In this document: one piece after another, positions 17,622 through 28,879 of the stretch
How positions within the stretch are numbered: the first letter of the stretch is position 1
Layout: the number at the start of each line of letters is the position of its first letter
The notes under the pieces: generated by a model
What the model saw: the letters and a program-made list of their open reading frames with translations, nothing else
What the model was told of the DNA's origin: nothing
The model's database searches: none
Program-made: the position numbers and the translations under genes
Source: a virus
Direction: 5' to 3' (one strand)
Length of the DNA stretch: 64,000 nucleotides
IMG/VR virus record: IMGVR_UViG_3300049218_000295
Location: 64,001 to 128,000 of that record

Positions 17622-19022
17622 ATGGCTAGGACCCCAGATCAAGTAGCGGCAGACCTCGCAAGTAGTATTAATACCACAGACCCAACTCTGGACACTACCC
17701 AGGGTCCTATTCCCGATGTAATGATTCGTCCACAGGCAAATCAAATTTCAATCGTTGAACAAGAAGCCGTTGATGTTCGAACTCTCTTTACTCTTCAGTT
17801 CCCCACGGTTGCCACTACTGATGAAATTCAGCAGGCACTTCTTAACTATGGCTGTGTTCCTGGCGGCGGTTCTTATGCCACAGTCCTCCAATATTTCATG
17901 CGCTATAGCGTCCCAACCACCGACATCACTATTAGCGCCGGTACGTTAGTGTCAAACAACGATGGTACTTTGGTTTACCAGGTTTTGAACCCCGGAACCA
18001 TTTCCGCTGAGAACGTCAACGCTTATTACAACCCAACCCGCAACACCTACGAAATAGCCCTTTTGGTCCAGGCAGTTGGAACGGGCACGGCCTATAACCT
18101 TCCACAATATCGGATCAACACTCTAGCGACCACAGTAGTGGGCATCGATGGGACTGAAAACCGCTCCCAGGCCTCAGGGGGTGAACCGTCAGAATCCACT
18201 GATTCTCAATCGGCCCGTCTGGTTACAGCTCTGCAGGGGACCAACCTAGGTGCTCCGGGAGGGATTTCCAAGCAGATTTTGAACACTTTGGCCAACGAGG
18301 TCACAGACGTCAGCATTATTCAGCCCTCCCAACCGGAATTCGCAAGAATTACTGCCGGTCCGGCTCTTGACGTTTATGTCATAGGACAAACTAATGCAAC
18401 TATCACCGAAACTACCGTTGGCATCGGTGGGCAAACCATTATCACCGTCTCAAACCATCCTGTGGTCCAGGTGGACAGTCTCACAATCAATAATACCAGC
18501 GTTTCGACCTACACATTGGTTCCTGATACAAGCCCGGAAACAGGTTATTCTCTCGATGCCAACGATGTTATTGTGCTCGCATCACCACTTCTGGCAGGAG
18601 ACAATATTGTTATCACATACGAGTACAATAAAGTTCCTTCGGATGTTTACACCCAAGTTCTGAACAGCGGGGAGGGATATTTTTTCAATACGGATATGCT
18701 TGTTCGCTCCCCATTCCCGGTCTATCCAGTAATTACCGGCACCATCCAAATCCTACCATCTTACTCTACCACAACGGTTCAAAACAATGTTATTGCCTAT
18801 CTAACTTCGCTCTTAACTTTCACCACTTTCAGCACCGACCAGGTATTGCCATCCATCGTGGTTCAAAACACTATCAGCAATGTTCCTGGAATCCAAACCT
18901 TCACCCTTTCGGTTTTTCATCGAAACGTTGGTGCGCTTTCGGATGTAGAAGCAATCATTCTCGCAGCAAACGAGACTCTTAGCTATAACCCGACCTATAT
19001 CAATATTACGGTGGTTTCGTGA
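17622..19022 (+). CDS. baseplate J-like wedge protein
   Basis: ISAGTLV, AVGTGTAYN, ASGGEPSEST and LDVYVIG motifs. Confidence 0.85.
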   Translation: MARTPDQVAADLASSINTTDPTLDTTQGPIPDVMIRPQANQISIVEQEAVDVRTLFTLQFPTVATTDEIQQALLNYGCVPGGGSYATVLQYFMRYSVPTTDITISAGTLVSNNDGTLVYQVLNPGTISAENVNAYYNPTRNTYEIALLVQAVGTGTAYNLPQYRINTLATTVVGIDGTENRSQASGGEPSESTDSQSARLVTALQGTNLGAPGGISKQILNTLANEVTDVSIIQPSQPEFARITAGPALDVYVIGQTNATITETTVGIGGQTIITVSNHPVVQVDSLTINNTSVSTYTLVPDTSPETGYSLDANDVIVLASPLLAGDNIVITYEYNKVPSDVYTQVLNSGEGYFFNTDMLVRSPFPVYPVITGTIQILPSYSTTTVQNNVIAYLTSLLTFTTFSTDQVLPSIVVQNTISNVPGIQTFTLSVFHRNVGALSDVEAIILAANETLSYNPTYINITVVS

Positions 19023-20641
19023 TCACACTTTCTCTAAATCCCAGCGTTTATGCTGAGGTCTTAGATAGCATGCAAAATGACTCGGTTTGGGGTGCCCCTC
19101 AGGGGAATTTCTATCTCCTGCAGGGTAATGCCGTTCCTTATTCGCCAAAGCCTACGGTCATTAATATCGTTACCGACCAAATCAACGAGCCTATTGTTGT
19201 CTCGATTTTTCAAGCGGGTCCTGCCGCTGTAGGGGTAGACCCGAGAAACAATTCTACAAATGTTACTATCGTCCCTGCTTCCGCCAATTCTAGTTTTTCT
19301 GTTCAACTTGGTCGCGGTGCTAACCTAATTCAAGCTTCAGCTCTCAACGACCCGAGCGATGTTGGGTATTTGATTGTTAATGCTACCACGATTTGGGGTT
19401 TATGGGAAGCTTATGCCCGCGTTCTCTATAATGGAGCCAATTCCATTATTGACGAGCAGAATCAAGCTATTTCGTCTCCTCTTGCGACCCGATTGATTGA
19501 GCCTTTTATTTCTTTTCAGGACATGCTGCCGGACATTCAGTCTTTGCAAATCATGGCAACACGTTTTGTGGCCCGTGGTTTTGTCAGCAGCCCTGGAACC
19601 GTTGCCGGAGTCAATGACCTTCTCCAAGCTTTGACACTCAGCACTCCCGTCTATCATCCGATGGATAAAGATACCTATGACTTGTATCCTGCTTTAGACC
19701 CTTGGACCAAATGTGCGTCTCAATATGGCGGGCAGGAAGCACATGTCTGGATGCCCAACGTTGGTGTCATGGGTTGGCTAGCCTTTTTGGGGTTCATTAA
19801 TAACCAGCCCGACCTTTACGATGTTCTTAAAGTTAATGAATACCAGGTCGCCTTCGATTATCAAGGCATTCAGCAGAGCCACATGTTCAATTTTGACCTC
19901 TTTGGGACCAATTTTCTCACCACATTGGCTAGGTCTCAATGCTTTAAGTCCATTCAGGTCTCAATGACCATGACTTCGAGACTAGTACTGGCTCTGTGTG
20001 CGGCATCTTACACCTTTGATTTATTTATAACCAACTTGACTCCCATTGGTCGAGATCGCGTAAGCTTCGATTTGGGCATTCCTTTTGACTCGGGGCTGAA
20101 TTTTGACTCGGACCCTGTAGACCCTTTTTCGGATGGCTGGGTCGGACTTTCTCTTTCGGGAAGATTTGAACAAGACGCAAACAAACCCCACACTCTTGAT
20201 ACGTTTGTTATGCCTTCGGCCTCCTATACTGGGGCACCATGCGGCTATCCTTCTTACTATACCCAAATGTTGGCCAACAACAAGTACGATGTTTGGATCA
20301 ACTACGAGGAAGACGTAACCTCAGGTGGCCTAGTCTACACTTGGGTCCTCTTTACTTTGCAAAGTCCTGACCTCACTCTTTGGGATATTAGTGTCGACAC
20401 CTCTGGACAAATTGTCGCAACAGCCGGTTCATCAAGAAATCCTGACAACTTTATGGTAACCGAGCCCAATCTCACACAAGTTGGGTTCGAAATTGATAAC
20501 AATGGGCAAATTCAAACTGTATCCCCGCCGCCTGCCGGAGCTACCCAAAACAACGCCATCGTCCTTATTGACGACGTCGATTACACTTTCTGGCTACTCA
20601 CGGTCGACAACAATGGGGAAATCGTAACAGTCCAACAATGA
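19019..20641 (+). CDS. baseplate wedge protein (gpI/gp7-like)
   Basis: Follows baseplate J; PGTVAGVNDLLQAL motif; three C-terminal xxVDxxGxI repeats. Confidence 0.6.
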   Translation: MITLSLNPSVYAEVLDSMQNDSVWGAPQGNFYLLQGNAVPYSPKPTVINIVTDQINEPIVVSIFQAGPAAVGVDPRNNSTNVTIVPASANSSFSVQLGRGANLIQASALNDPSDVGYLIVNATTIWGLWEAYARVLYNGANSIIDEQNQAISSPLATRLIEPFISFQDMLPDIQSLQIMATRFVARGFVSSPGTVAGVNDLLQALTLSTPVYHPMDKDTYDLYPALDPWTKCASQYGGQEAHVWMPNVGVMGWLAFLGFINNQPDLYDVLKVNEYQVAFDYQGIQQSHMFNFDLFGTNFLTTLARSQCFKSIQVSMTMTSRLVLALCAASYTFDLFITNLTPIGRDRVSFDLGIPFDSGLNFDSDPVDPFSDGWVGLSLSGRFEQDANKPHTLDTFVMPSASYTGAPCGYPSYYTQMLANNKYDVWINYEEDVTSGGLVYTWVLFTLQSPDLTLWDISVDTSGQIVATAGSSRNPDNFMVTEPNLTQVGFEIDNNGQIQTVSPPPAGATQNNAIVLIDDVDYTFWLLTVDNNGEIVTVQQ

Positions 20642-20651
20642 GGCAATACTT

Positions 20652-21326
20652 ATGACTACACACACGCACCTTACATACCAAGAAGAAGGCGTCCAGGAAT
20701 CCGGAGTACAGCAAGTTGCATCCGACCCTATAAGCCCCACAGGCGGACAACTCTGGATTAATACTACCACAAACGAGCTGAAGACCTACGACGGAAGCGC
20801 TATTGTTCGCATTGGAGCGGGCGTAACCGGATTGCAGGGCGACACTGGCGTTATAGGCCCAACCGGAGCCTACGGGGGACCCCAAGGTGTAACTGGAATT
20901 CAAGGTGTTACCGGCTATGCTGGAACTACAGGACTACAAGGTCCCCAGGGCAATACAGGAGTCATGGGAACAACTGGGTATGAGGGAGTCCAAGGAGTTA
21001 CAGGTATTTCTGGTGTCTCGTCCGAGTATGAAGTTGGGGACGGCGGAGCCACCTACACCATCAACTGGACCAACGGCGCTTCACAGGCAATTATTCTCAA
21101 TGACAACCTGACTTTGACTCTTACTAACCCTTTTGTGGGTGGAGCTTACATTCTACGTTTAGTTCAAACCACTGGTGGACAGACAGTGACCTGGCCTTCA
21201 AGCGTGATTTGGCCAGGAGGTGCTACCCCAGTTTTGTCTACAGGGGCCGGTCTCACTGATATGGTCAGTTTGTACTTTGATGGCACCTATTACTATGGGA
21301 CTTATGCCCTTGGATACCCGACATGA
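20652..21326 (+). CDS. collagen-like fibre protein (G-X-T/G-X-Q repeats)
   Basis: About 20 GXY triplets rich in Thr; C-terminal INWTNG...VTWPSSVIWPGG domain. Confidence 0.85.
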   Translation: MTTHTHLTYQEEGVQESGVQQVASDPISPTGGQLWINTTTNELKTYDGSAIVRIGAGVTGLQGDTGVIGPTGAYGGPQGVTGIQGVTGYAGTTGLQGPQGNTGVMGTTGYEGVQGVTGISGVSSEYEVGDGGATYTINWTNGASQAIILNDNLTLTLTNPFVGGAYILRLVQTTGGQTVTWPSSVIWPGGATPVLSTGAGLTDMVSLYFDGTYYYGTYALGYPT

Positions 21327-22294
21327 GTTATTACTTCAAGGTCATCAACTCCGACTTTACTTGGCCTTTTGGGAGCCACGGACCCTTGGTGGTGAATAGT
21401 GGAGCACTTGTTACTTTAGAGGCCAATCAGGTCTACGATTTTTCTTCTATCACCATCGAGAATGGTGGCATCCTTCAATTCACTCAGTCACAAGGCGGTT
21501 GGACCATTCTTGGATGCGCGGGTGATGCGATTATTAATGGCACCATCCAAGCCATCAATGGTGGCCACAATTCCGGGAACTTTACTGCTTATGCTCCCGC
21601 TTCCAATGGCAACTCCGCCGGTGAAGAACTGACATATTCAATCGTCCAATCAACCGGTGGTTCCGGTGGTGGTAGTGACGTTACAGGCGGCTACATTGGT
21701 GGAACAGACCCCGGACCCTACGGTAATGGTGGTGGCGGAGGGGGGTTTGGAGCCGGAGTTAATGGGTCAATCGGCAAAGGCGGCGACGGCTCGATTAACA
21801 CCGAACAACAAGCAGGCGGGCTCGGGGCGTTGGTCTTCTTTCAAAATGGTACCAATGGTCCAGCCTCAAGTTATCAAAACACAGGAATGGCTCCTTATGG
21901 TGGGGGCGGTGGTGGGGGTTCTCGCGGTTTGCACGGCACGGGCCTTTATCTGCGAGCACAGGGTAGCATTTTGGGCAGCGGCACCATAACAGTTGCTGGA
22001 CAAAACGGTGGTAAAGGCGGCAATGGTGGCTCGGCTACCGATAGCGCCGGTAGCGGACAAGCTTTCTATAGTGGTGGCGGCGGTGGTGGCGGTGCGGGAG
22101 GTTCGGGTGGTTCAATCGTACTGCGTTATAAAGGAACTTTTTCGAACACTCTTACCCTTGGCGCTGCCGAAGGAATGGGTGGTTCCGGTGGTGCGGCTGG
22201 GTCTGTAACCGGGACTGGCGGAAGTATTGGGGTCCCAGGGTCCACCGGACAAAACGGTTCAACAGGTTCAATCAACTATGAGCAAATCAGCTAA
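21323..22294 (+). CDS. glycine-rich fibre-tip / adhesin-like protein
   Basis: Multiple polyglycine runs, e.g. GGGGGGGAGGSGG. Confidence 0.7.
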   Translation: MSYYFKVINSDFTWPFGSHGPLVVNSGALVTLEANQVYDFSSITIENGGILQFTQSQGGWTILGCAGDAIINGTIQAINGGHNSGNFTAYAPASNGNSAGEELTYSIVQSTGGSGGGSDVTGGYIGGTDPGPYGNGGGGGGFGAGVNGSIGKGGDGSINTEQQAGGLGALVFFQNGTNGPASSYQNTGMAPYGGGGGGGSRGLHGTGLYLRAQGSILGSGTITVAGQNGGKGGNGGSATDSAGSGQAFYSGGGGGGGAGGSGGSIVLRYKGTFSNTLTLGAAEGMGGSGGAAGSVTGTGGSIGVPGSTGQNGSTGSINYEQIS

Positions 22295-22320
22295 GCTCCA
22301 CCACCTTATTTTGGTCTAGT

Positions 22321-22533
22321 ATGGAATATTACTACCTTGGTCTAGAAGCTCGTGTGGCGCATAACAAATTTTCCGACCTCAACTTGGCTACCAATGCCGC
22401 TGCACACTGTGCTCGAACAAACCTCATCCCCGTGCGTATCTTTAAGATGCTCCCAAGCAACATCTCGGAGCTAGTAAAGATTGTTGACCCGAGTGATTCG
22501 GCTCCGGAACCAAAACGGGTTAAAGCACTTTAA
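22321..22533 (+). CDS. hypothetical protein
   Basis: 70-aa ORF filling the gap; TTATTTT upstream. Confidence 0.5.
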   Translation: MEYYYLGLEARVAHNKFSDLNLATNAAAHCARTNLIPVRIFKMLPSNISELVKIVDPSDSAPEPKRVKAL

Positions 22534-22541
22534 GGGGTACT

Positions 22542-22973
22542 ATGGCTCAGTCAGTAATTGCCACTATCACAGATATCGCCCGAACCAAGTTCGCGGGTAT
22601 GCTCTCGACGGGACAAGCGTTCACTATCACAGATTTCGTCACGGGCTCTGGCGGGCATGACCCCAGCGACCCTGCAGTAGCTTTAACCCCCGACCCTTCG
22701 GACACGACTTTGCCTGACCAAAGCTTTGGGCCAGTTCCGATTACTTCAGCCACACTAATTACGCCTTTTTGCGTGCAGTATCAGGCAGACCAGTCGCCAA
22801 CGGACGCCGTTGGCGAACTATCAAACATTGGGTTAATCGCCACCGTAACTTACAGCCCAATTCCAGATGACCCAACAGTGGGAACGACATTTCTGTTCGC
22901 CGTAGCCAATTTCCCTTTACAAATTAAGACAGATAGCCAGGGCAATACTTTCCTGATCCAAGTATCTTTTTAA
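22542..22973 (+). CDS. tail-fibre attachment protein (DUF3751-like); paralog of 40952
   Basis: ATITDIAR...FVTGSGG...GELSNIG...FLFAVANFP. Confidence 0.65.
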   Translation: MAQSVIATITDIARTKFAGMLSTGQAFTITDFVTGSGGHDPSDPAVALTPDPSDTTLPDQSFGPVPITSATLITPFCVQYQADQSPTDAVGELSNIGLIATVTYSPIPDDPTVGTTFLFAVANFPLQIKTDSQGNTFLIQVSF

Positions 22974-23176
22974 GTAAATTTAGCCCAACTATCACTTTCC
23001 GCATCCCAGTGCCAACCGAGCGCGTCGAGAAGCTTCCTGTCTTCCTCGGAAATTTTGTTCCAAAGAGTCTTGCTGCTACCTGCGTAAATTATGTCATGTT
23101 GGGCATCAGCTTCGCTCTCCGCATCATATTTCAGTAGTAGAGCCAGACCCGCTATCACTTTAGCTACTTTCGCCAT
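22970..23176 (-). CDS. hypothetical protein
   Basis: ATG 23176; AQHDIIYAG...LDALGWHWD. Confidence 0.65.
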   Translation of the reverse strand: MAKVAKVIAGLALLLKYDAESEADAQHDIIYAGSSKTLWNKISEEDRKLLDALGWHWDAESDSWAKFT

Positions 23177-23271
23177 GTTGCACCCCGTAATGCCTTTTAG
23201 AGGTTCTCGGCGGCGCTGACCACAGTTACCTTTATGTAGTAGGAAAACCATACACAAAGTCTAGGTGAAGA

Positions 23272-26200
23272 ATGACATTAAGAGCACTCCTTCAGTTCCG
23301 CAATCTCGACAGCACTTCCGACATCAATACGCGATATGTCAATCTTATTGGTCCCGGCGTCTACCATGGTGGACAAGTAACGCCCGTTCCGGCCCAGCTT
23401 GCGGTGAGTCTTGCTCCTTGGCAACTTGTTAACGTAGATGGTATGGTCGCTGAAGAAACCAGTGATACGGTAATCTTACAATGCCCTGCGGGACAAACGA
23501 CTGTTATTGCAGTGTATGCAGTGTACGTCGAAAATGGCGCACCCATTCTACAGACTGTCGCTTACGAGCGCGATGCCTTCTATTTACTCCCTGATCTTGA
23601 GCATTATGTCATTATGGCGATGGTCACCGTTCCTATTGGTGCCACTTCTATTTTGTCTTCCTACATCAGTTACGAATACCGCCAAAGCATCGACCCGCTC
23701 GGAAGGTCGCCTTTCCGTGGGTTCACGAACGCCACTCCGACCGACACTGTGGACAACCAAGTCGGCGATTTCTATATTGTAGTGACCGGCGGTGTTGCAA
23801 ATCTCTGGGCTTGGACTGGTACACAGTGGCAAGTCATGACAGACTTTGTTGCCCTATCGGCGGAACTGGCTAACCACATTGCCAACCTTGATGTCAACGT
23901 CAAGCATATTACTGATAACGAACTCGCAGCAGTTGTTGGTACTTCTGGGGTAGAGGCATCAGCAGTCATACAAGATATTACTTACTCTGCTGCTGCTGTC
24001 GGTGTCGCTGGGAATTTAATCAGTATAGCCTACACCAGTGGTGGTGTTGCCGGTAGTGAACTTGTTACCGTTACAGGCAATGCTATTTCGGTCAAAATTG
24101 CCGATGGCGTATCAACAGCACTTCAGATTAAAACGGCGATTGATAACAGTCCCGCTGCAGATTTGGTAACAGACCAAATCACTGGAATTGGAAGCAATCC
24201 CCAATACACTACGGCTGCAGTTCTACTAACTGATGGGGCAGGAGAACCAGTCAGCGCCGCCAACAAATTGGTGGACAATGCCGACCCTCGGATTCCTCTC
24301 CTCAACGAAGCACAGGCCCTTCCTGGTTCAAATGGCATCCCAGGCCCAGACAACCTTTATATCACTCAAGATTACCCATTAGCGATTCCGGAAGAACAGG
24401 CTTTCGTTCTTCCTCTTGCTCAGTTCCCACCGTTAGCAGTGAGTCCGCAAGCGGTCTATCTAACGGTTTCAGATGGACCGATTTACGTTGGTCTCTCTTC
24501 AATCGGTTCGGCCAACATTTACTTCAGATTCTACGACCCCTCCGACAATCGAGAATTTACAACTGCGTCAGAACTCACGGTCAACTGCACCGGCGTTTAC
24601 AAGGATGCTAACCTTACTATTGAACTTGACCCGAGTACGGACTCCAATGTTGATGAGTACGGTTTCTTTAACAACGCTGGCCTCTACATCAAGTTCAGTA
24701 CCCTACCTGATACCAACTTCAGACTGATTTATGGTCAGGGGTTCACTCTTGGCTCACTACCAAACGGTGCGCTACTTCGTCGCAATATTTATGACGCCCA
24801 AACCACTGGTGAGACAGTTATTGCTATTGAGCAGATTAAGGGCCGACCGTACACTACTGAGCCACCGACCGATGAGCAAAATATCAACCTTCGGTCCAGC
24901 CAAGTCCAATTGCAAGAATACATGGCCACGGTTTTCAACGCTGACCATGTGGTATCTAATTTTGCCAATGCAGCTAGCGTTCCCGATTTTGGAACTGATT
25001 TTGTCGAAAACGTAGGAATACCCACCGGTGCCACGTTTACCAACACCAATTTGGTCGGCTTCACCTATAATAGCACTACTGGGGTCGTCACTTACAACAG
25101 CTCGGTCGATCTTTCCGCCGTCACAGCAGGAAACATCTTTCTTGACGGCGCAGGAAACGCCTTTACAATTCAGTCAGCACCTTCTGGTTTCTCATTAACC
25201 ATTCGAACTCGCGATGGCTATATTCCGCAGTCCTCTACTCAGAACCCCCTAGGTGGAGTTAACACCTCGGTCACAACAGCCTTAAACGGCTCTTGCCAGC
25301 CGGATAACAACCCACGCAATATCAATCTGAGTACACTGCAATACGTTTCCGGACGCGAACGTATTAATATCCGCAACATCTCAGTAGCCCCGAATGAGTA
25401 TCACCCAATTACGAACAACGTGGCCTATCAAATAATCACGCCAGTACGTTCTGAAAACTTCGGTGAGCCACGTGTTCGACTGTACGGCGGACTCGAAGTC
25501 ATTAACACCGGTAGACTTCAAAGGGTCATCGCTGCCGGTTCTTCTCGGATGTTAGTGACGGGTTTTTTCACAGAGCTTTACTTGCTTTGCGACTTTACTT
25601 CGCCTCTACAGACCTCGCTCCCCTCAGTGACAGTCAAAGTGGATGGGTCGCTTACCGGTACAACTGTTGACCTCAGTCGCAGTGGCACCGAAATCAACTT
25701 TATTACAATGCAGAGTCTACCAGGAATTCGGGCGAAATCCGTTGCTATGGTCAACGGTCTCTCCGATGGAGTTCCTCATACAGTCGAGATTGTAGTGGCT
25801 GCAGGTAGCTCCATGGTTTGCTATGGTTTTGACCTTATTCGCTACGCGGTAACCTCAGGGCTTGTAATTCCTGGGCGTGCCTTTGTCCAAGCTGACTTGT
25901 ATAAAAACGACATTGTCCAAACGCTCCTTACCCCGGCGATTGGAGCCCAGCAGCGCGGTGGCGTTTCGGTTCGCTACGTCAATCGCGAGCAAGCCCTATC
26001 TTCAGAAACGTACCTTCTCACCGATTTTGATGGTACACTTCAAGGTCCGGCGGGAACTGCCGTTCCTTCAACACCGAACTTTACCGTCGGCAGCGGACTT
26101 TCTAAATTTTCCTACTACAAGGTCGGCGATGTTGTTAAGTTAGTGACTTCCTCTACCGAAGAAATCAAGCAGATTCTTTCAATTGGACCGGGTGCTGGTC

Positions 26201-28230
26201 AGGTGGTCTTCACTACCAATGTGACTTCATCGGGTTCGGCAGCTCTACTCCACATCGCAAGTACTCAGGGCGATTCAATTGACCCGACGCAAGAATACAA
26301 AAGGTATTCACCGACGGATTTCGGTCTCGGCATAACCAATGGCCCAATCACCGACTTCTCTACACCAACTTCGGCGACTCAAAACCGGATGTTCACGATG
26401 GAAGATGGCTGCACGACCATGGCGGGACAGCAGCTTAGTTTCACCAACGTAAACGTAGAAAGCACCAACTACGCGCTGTATCTTCCGAATTCTTCTTCGA
26501 CTTTGTTCATCCGGGCGCTGTGCAGTCGCATGGACATCCTGGTACCAAACTTATCGCCTTGTACCATGAATGTCTCAGTTGACGGCTGCCCTCCTTTCGC
26601 CGTTTCCATTGCAGGAGTTGGTCTACAACGAGTCACACTCTTAGTGAATGCTCGCTACCAGACCCATGAAATTACCATCACCAATAGTGCTGGCCTCACA
26701 GTTTCTGGTATCATTCTTCACGAACCTGCTATTTCCCCTGCGATTCAGGGCGCGGCTCTTGGAACCCAGAACTTGTTGGCCCGCTACGCCGCCGGTAATA
26801 ACCCCGATGGTACGATTATACCAATCGGAGCTGTGGCGCTTGACCCAACAACTACCGAGGGACGTTTCTACAGTGGGTCTGGTCTAGGTAATACCTGGAC
26901 GGACGTTCAAGACTTTGTAAATGCCCCCGCGACTGGGCGGTACATTTCCTCGAACCAGGCTGGTTCATATTTTGAATACGAATTCTTCGGCGACGGCTTT
27001 GAAATCGAATTTTCTTGCGGACCAGATCGCGGACAGGCCCTCATTGAACTGAATGGCTTAGTGGCAAATAGCACCAACTATTCCGCCACCTTCCGAAATG
27101 TAAACGCCACGACTGGTGTCGTGGACATGTACTCCTCTACTGTAAGCAGACAGCGGTTTGGCATCTCCTCACTAACCTATGGTAAGTTCACATTAAGAGT
27201 TAGCGTACAAAATCCAGCCCAGAAAAATTCTGCAAGCTCTGGCTACAACATCAACATTGCTACCATCTACTTGCTTAATACCAGTGGCTACAACAGCGTC
27301 ACTCCGTTGCAGGACTACTCCCAGGAGTTTGTTATCGGTCAAGAGACGGTTCGCGATTCTCGCCAATTCGAATCCGGCGCTACTGCTCCCATTACTCTTA
27401 CCCAAGTCCAGCAGGTTCTTGCCTATCCACGTGACGGTTCCTACTCGGTCGGCTTTGAGTCAGATGATGATTTCCCCGTTCTCCCCGATGGCTCAAACGG
27501 TGGTGCGCAGATCATAGCGGCCCTTGCTGCCGCAGCCGCAACCCCAGACAGTCTCGACCCTCGAACCATACGCAAAATTTGGATTAAGCCAGGAACCTAT
27601 CAAATCACGTCGTTAATCCAGGTACCTACAAGTATTGAAATTGAAGGGATAGGGTTCCCTGTATTGAACAACAATGGGGCGGGAAGCACATGCTTCCAGG
27701 CTACTGGCACGCAGATTAGAATCCGTTCTCTTGACTTCAGTGGCTTCACGATTGCGGTCGATGTAAACAACAACACTGGCATCTCCATGTTCTTCAACCG
27801 GAACATGACTCATGCTAACATGCTGTTGGCTGACACGATTGTAACTCCAACTGATGCGCAAGCAGTGGTTGGTACCACGGCTTCACTCCAAGCAGGATTT
27901 GCCACTCATACGGACTTGCAGGCTGCTCACGATGCCGTCCCTGCTGGAAGCAAAATCATTTTGCTCGCTGGTACCAACATCACCAACCCCGTCACCATCA
28001 GCAAGAACAATATCTTGATTGAAGGTATGGGCAATGCGGCAGTGGTGAACACCACAATCACAATCACATCCAATAACTGTATGGTGAAGTATTTGCGTTG
28101 TGCGGGAACCGCGCCGTCACTTGTTGTGAGTGGAAACTACAACATCCTGAAAGAGATTTGGATTCCGAGCACAGGTGGTATTTCGGATTCCGGAGTGGAC
28201 AACGTCTACGAGGTAATTCAGGAGTTATAA
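23272..28230 (+). CDS. large tail-fibre / baseplate-associated protein A (1652 aa)
   Basis: Thr/Ser-rich beta content; collinear similarity to 32763; followed by tail-collar genes. Confidence 0.8.
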   Translation: MTLRALLQFRNLDSTSDINTRYVNLIGPGVYHGGQVTPVPAQLAVSLAPWQLVNVDGMVAEETSDTVILQCPAGQTTVIAVYAVYVENGAPILQTVAYERDAFYLLPDLEHYVIMAMVTVPIGATSILSSYISYEYRQSIDPLGRSPFRGFTNATPTDTVDNQVGDFYIVVTGGVANLWAWTGTQWQVMTDFVALSAELANHIANLDVNVKHITDNELAAVVGTSGVEASAVIQDITYSAAAVGVAGNLISIAYTSGGVAGSELVTVTGNAISVKIADGVSTALQIKTAIDNSPAADLVTDQITGIGSNPQYTTAAVLLTDGAGEPVSAANKLVDNADPRIPLLNEAQALPGSNGIPGPDNLYITQDYPLAIPEEQAFVLPLAQFPPLAVSPQAVYLTVSDGPIYVGLSSIGSANIYFRFYDPSDNREFTTASELTVNCTGVYKDANLTIELDPSTDSNVDEYGFFNNAGLYIKFSTLPDTNFRLIYGQGFTLGSLPNGALLRRNIYDAQTTGETVIAIEQIKGRPYTTEPPTDEQNINLRSSQVQLQEYMATVFNADHVVSNFANAASVPDFGTDFVENVGIPTGATFTNTNLVGFTYNSTTGVVTYNSSVDLSAVTAGNIFLDGAGNAFTIQSAPSGFSLTIRTRDGYIPQSSTQNPLGGVNTSVTTALNGSCQPDNNPRNINLSTLQYVSGRERINIRNISVAPNEYHPITNNVAYQIITPVRSENFGEPRVRLYGGLEVINTGRLQRVIAAGSSRMLVTGFFTELYLLCDFTSPLQTSLPSVTVKVDGSLTGTTVDLSRSGTEINFITMQSLPGIRAKSVAMVNGLSDGVPHTVEIVVAAGSSMVCYGFDLIRYAVTSGLVIPGRAFVQADLYKNDIVQTLLTPAIGAQQRGGVSVRYVNREQALSSETYLLTDFDGTLQGPAGTAVPSTPNFTVGSGLSKFSYYKVGDVVKLVTSSTEEIKQILSIGPGAGQVVFTTNVTSSGSAALLHIASTQGDSIDPTQEYKRYSPTDFGLGITNGPITDFSTPTSATQNRMFTMEDGCTTMAGQQLSFTNVNVESTNYALYLPNSSSTLFIRALCSRMDILVPNLSPCTMNVSVDGCPPFAVSIAGVGLQRVTLLVNARYQTHEITITNSAGLTVSGIILHEPAISPAIQGAALGTQNLLARYAAGNNPDGTIIPIGAVALDPTTTEGRFYSGSGLGNTWTDVQDFVNAPATGRYISSNQAGSYFEYEFFGDGFEIEFSCGPDRGQALIELNGLVANSTNYSATFRNVNATTGVVDMYSSTVSRQRFGISSLTYGKFTLRVSVQNPAQKNSASSGYNINIATIYLLNTSGYNSVTPLQDYSQEFVIGQETVRDSRQFESGATAPITLTQVQQVLAYPRDGSYSVGFESDDDFPVLPDGSNGGAQIIAALAAAAATPDSLDPRTIRKIWIKPGTYQITSLIQVPTSIEIEGIGFPVLNNNGAGSTCFQATGTQIRIRSLDFSGFTIAVDVNNNTGISMFFNRNMTHANMLLADTIVTPTDAQAVVGTTASLQAGFATHTDLQAAHDAVPAGSKIILLAGTNITNPVTISKNNILIEGMGNAAVVNTTITITSNNCMVKYLRCAGTAPSLVVSGNYNILKEIWIPSTGGISDSGVDNVYEVIQEL

Positions 28231-28878
28231 ATGCCTTTTATTGGTACCAGCGAAAATACCGGTATGATTAAGGAATGGACAAGTGCCACCTTACCGGCTG
28301 GTTATTTGTTTTGTGATGGAACTTTGTATCCGACCGCCACATATCCAAGTCTATTTTCAATCATAGGCACTAATTACAACATAGTTGGCGATGCTGCTGG
28401 ATATTTCCGGGTGCCTGACCTACGTGGTAAGACGCCGTTAGGTACAGGACAAGATGTGTACCAAGGACTCACCAACCGCTCTTTGGCTGAGTATGTTGGC
28501 GAGGAGCTGCATGTGCTGGGGACCAGTGAACTCGGTCTACACACTCACTCGCAGGGCACGATGCAAACCGAGACCCAAGCTCACGGTCATACGGCGACCA
28601 CGAACCAATACGATTTGAATCACACACACTCATACACGGAGTACCCAAATTCGGGTAGTGATAATGGACCTTCTGGCGGCGGAACTAGTGCCGGGCAAAA
28701 TAATGCAGGCACCGGAGCGGCACAAGAAAGCTTGTATCATAACCACAATAGCACAATGGGTGACAATATTGGCGACCACACACATACATTAACTACAGGG
28801 ACAGGAGATGGAGTTACGGACACTGGGCACAACAATATGCAGCCCTTTCTGGTCCTCAACTTCATAATTAAATACTGA
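28231..28878 (+). CDS. phage tail-collar domain protein with HxH needle
   Basis: GYLFCDG, YPSLFSIIG, VPDLRG, five HxH motifs, HNNMQP. Confidence 0.9.
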   Translation: MPFIGTSENTGMIKEWTSATLPAGYLFCDGTLYPTATYPSLFSIIGTNYNIVGDAAGYFRVPDLRGKTPLGTGQDVYQGLTNRSLAEYVGEELHVLGTSELGLHTHSQGTMQTETQAHGHTATTNQYDLNHTHSYTEYPNSGSDNGPSGGGTSAGQNNAGTGAAQESLYHNHNSTMGDNIGDHTHTLTTGTGDGVTDTGHNNMQPFLVLNFIIKY

Positions 28879-28879
28879 T

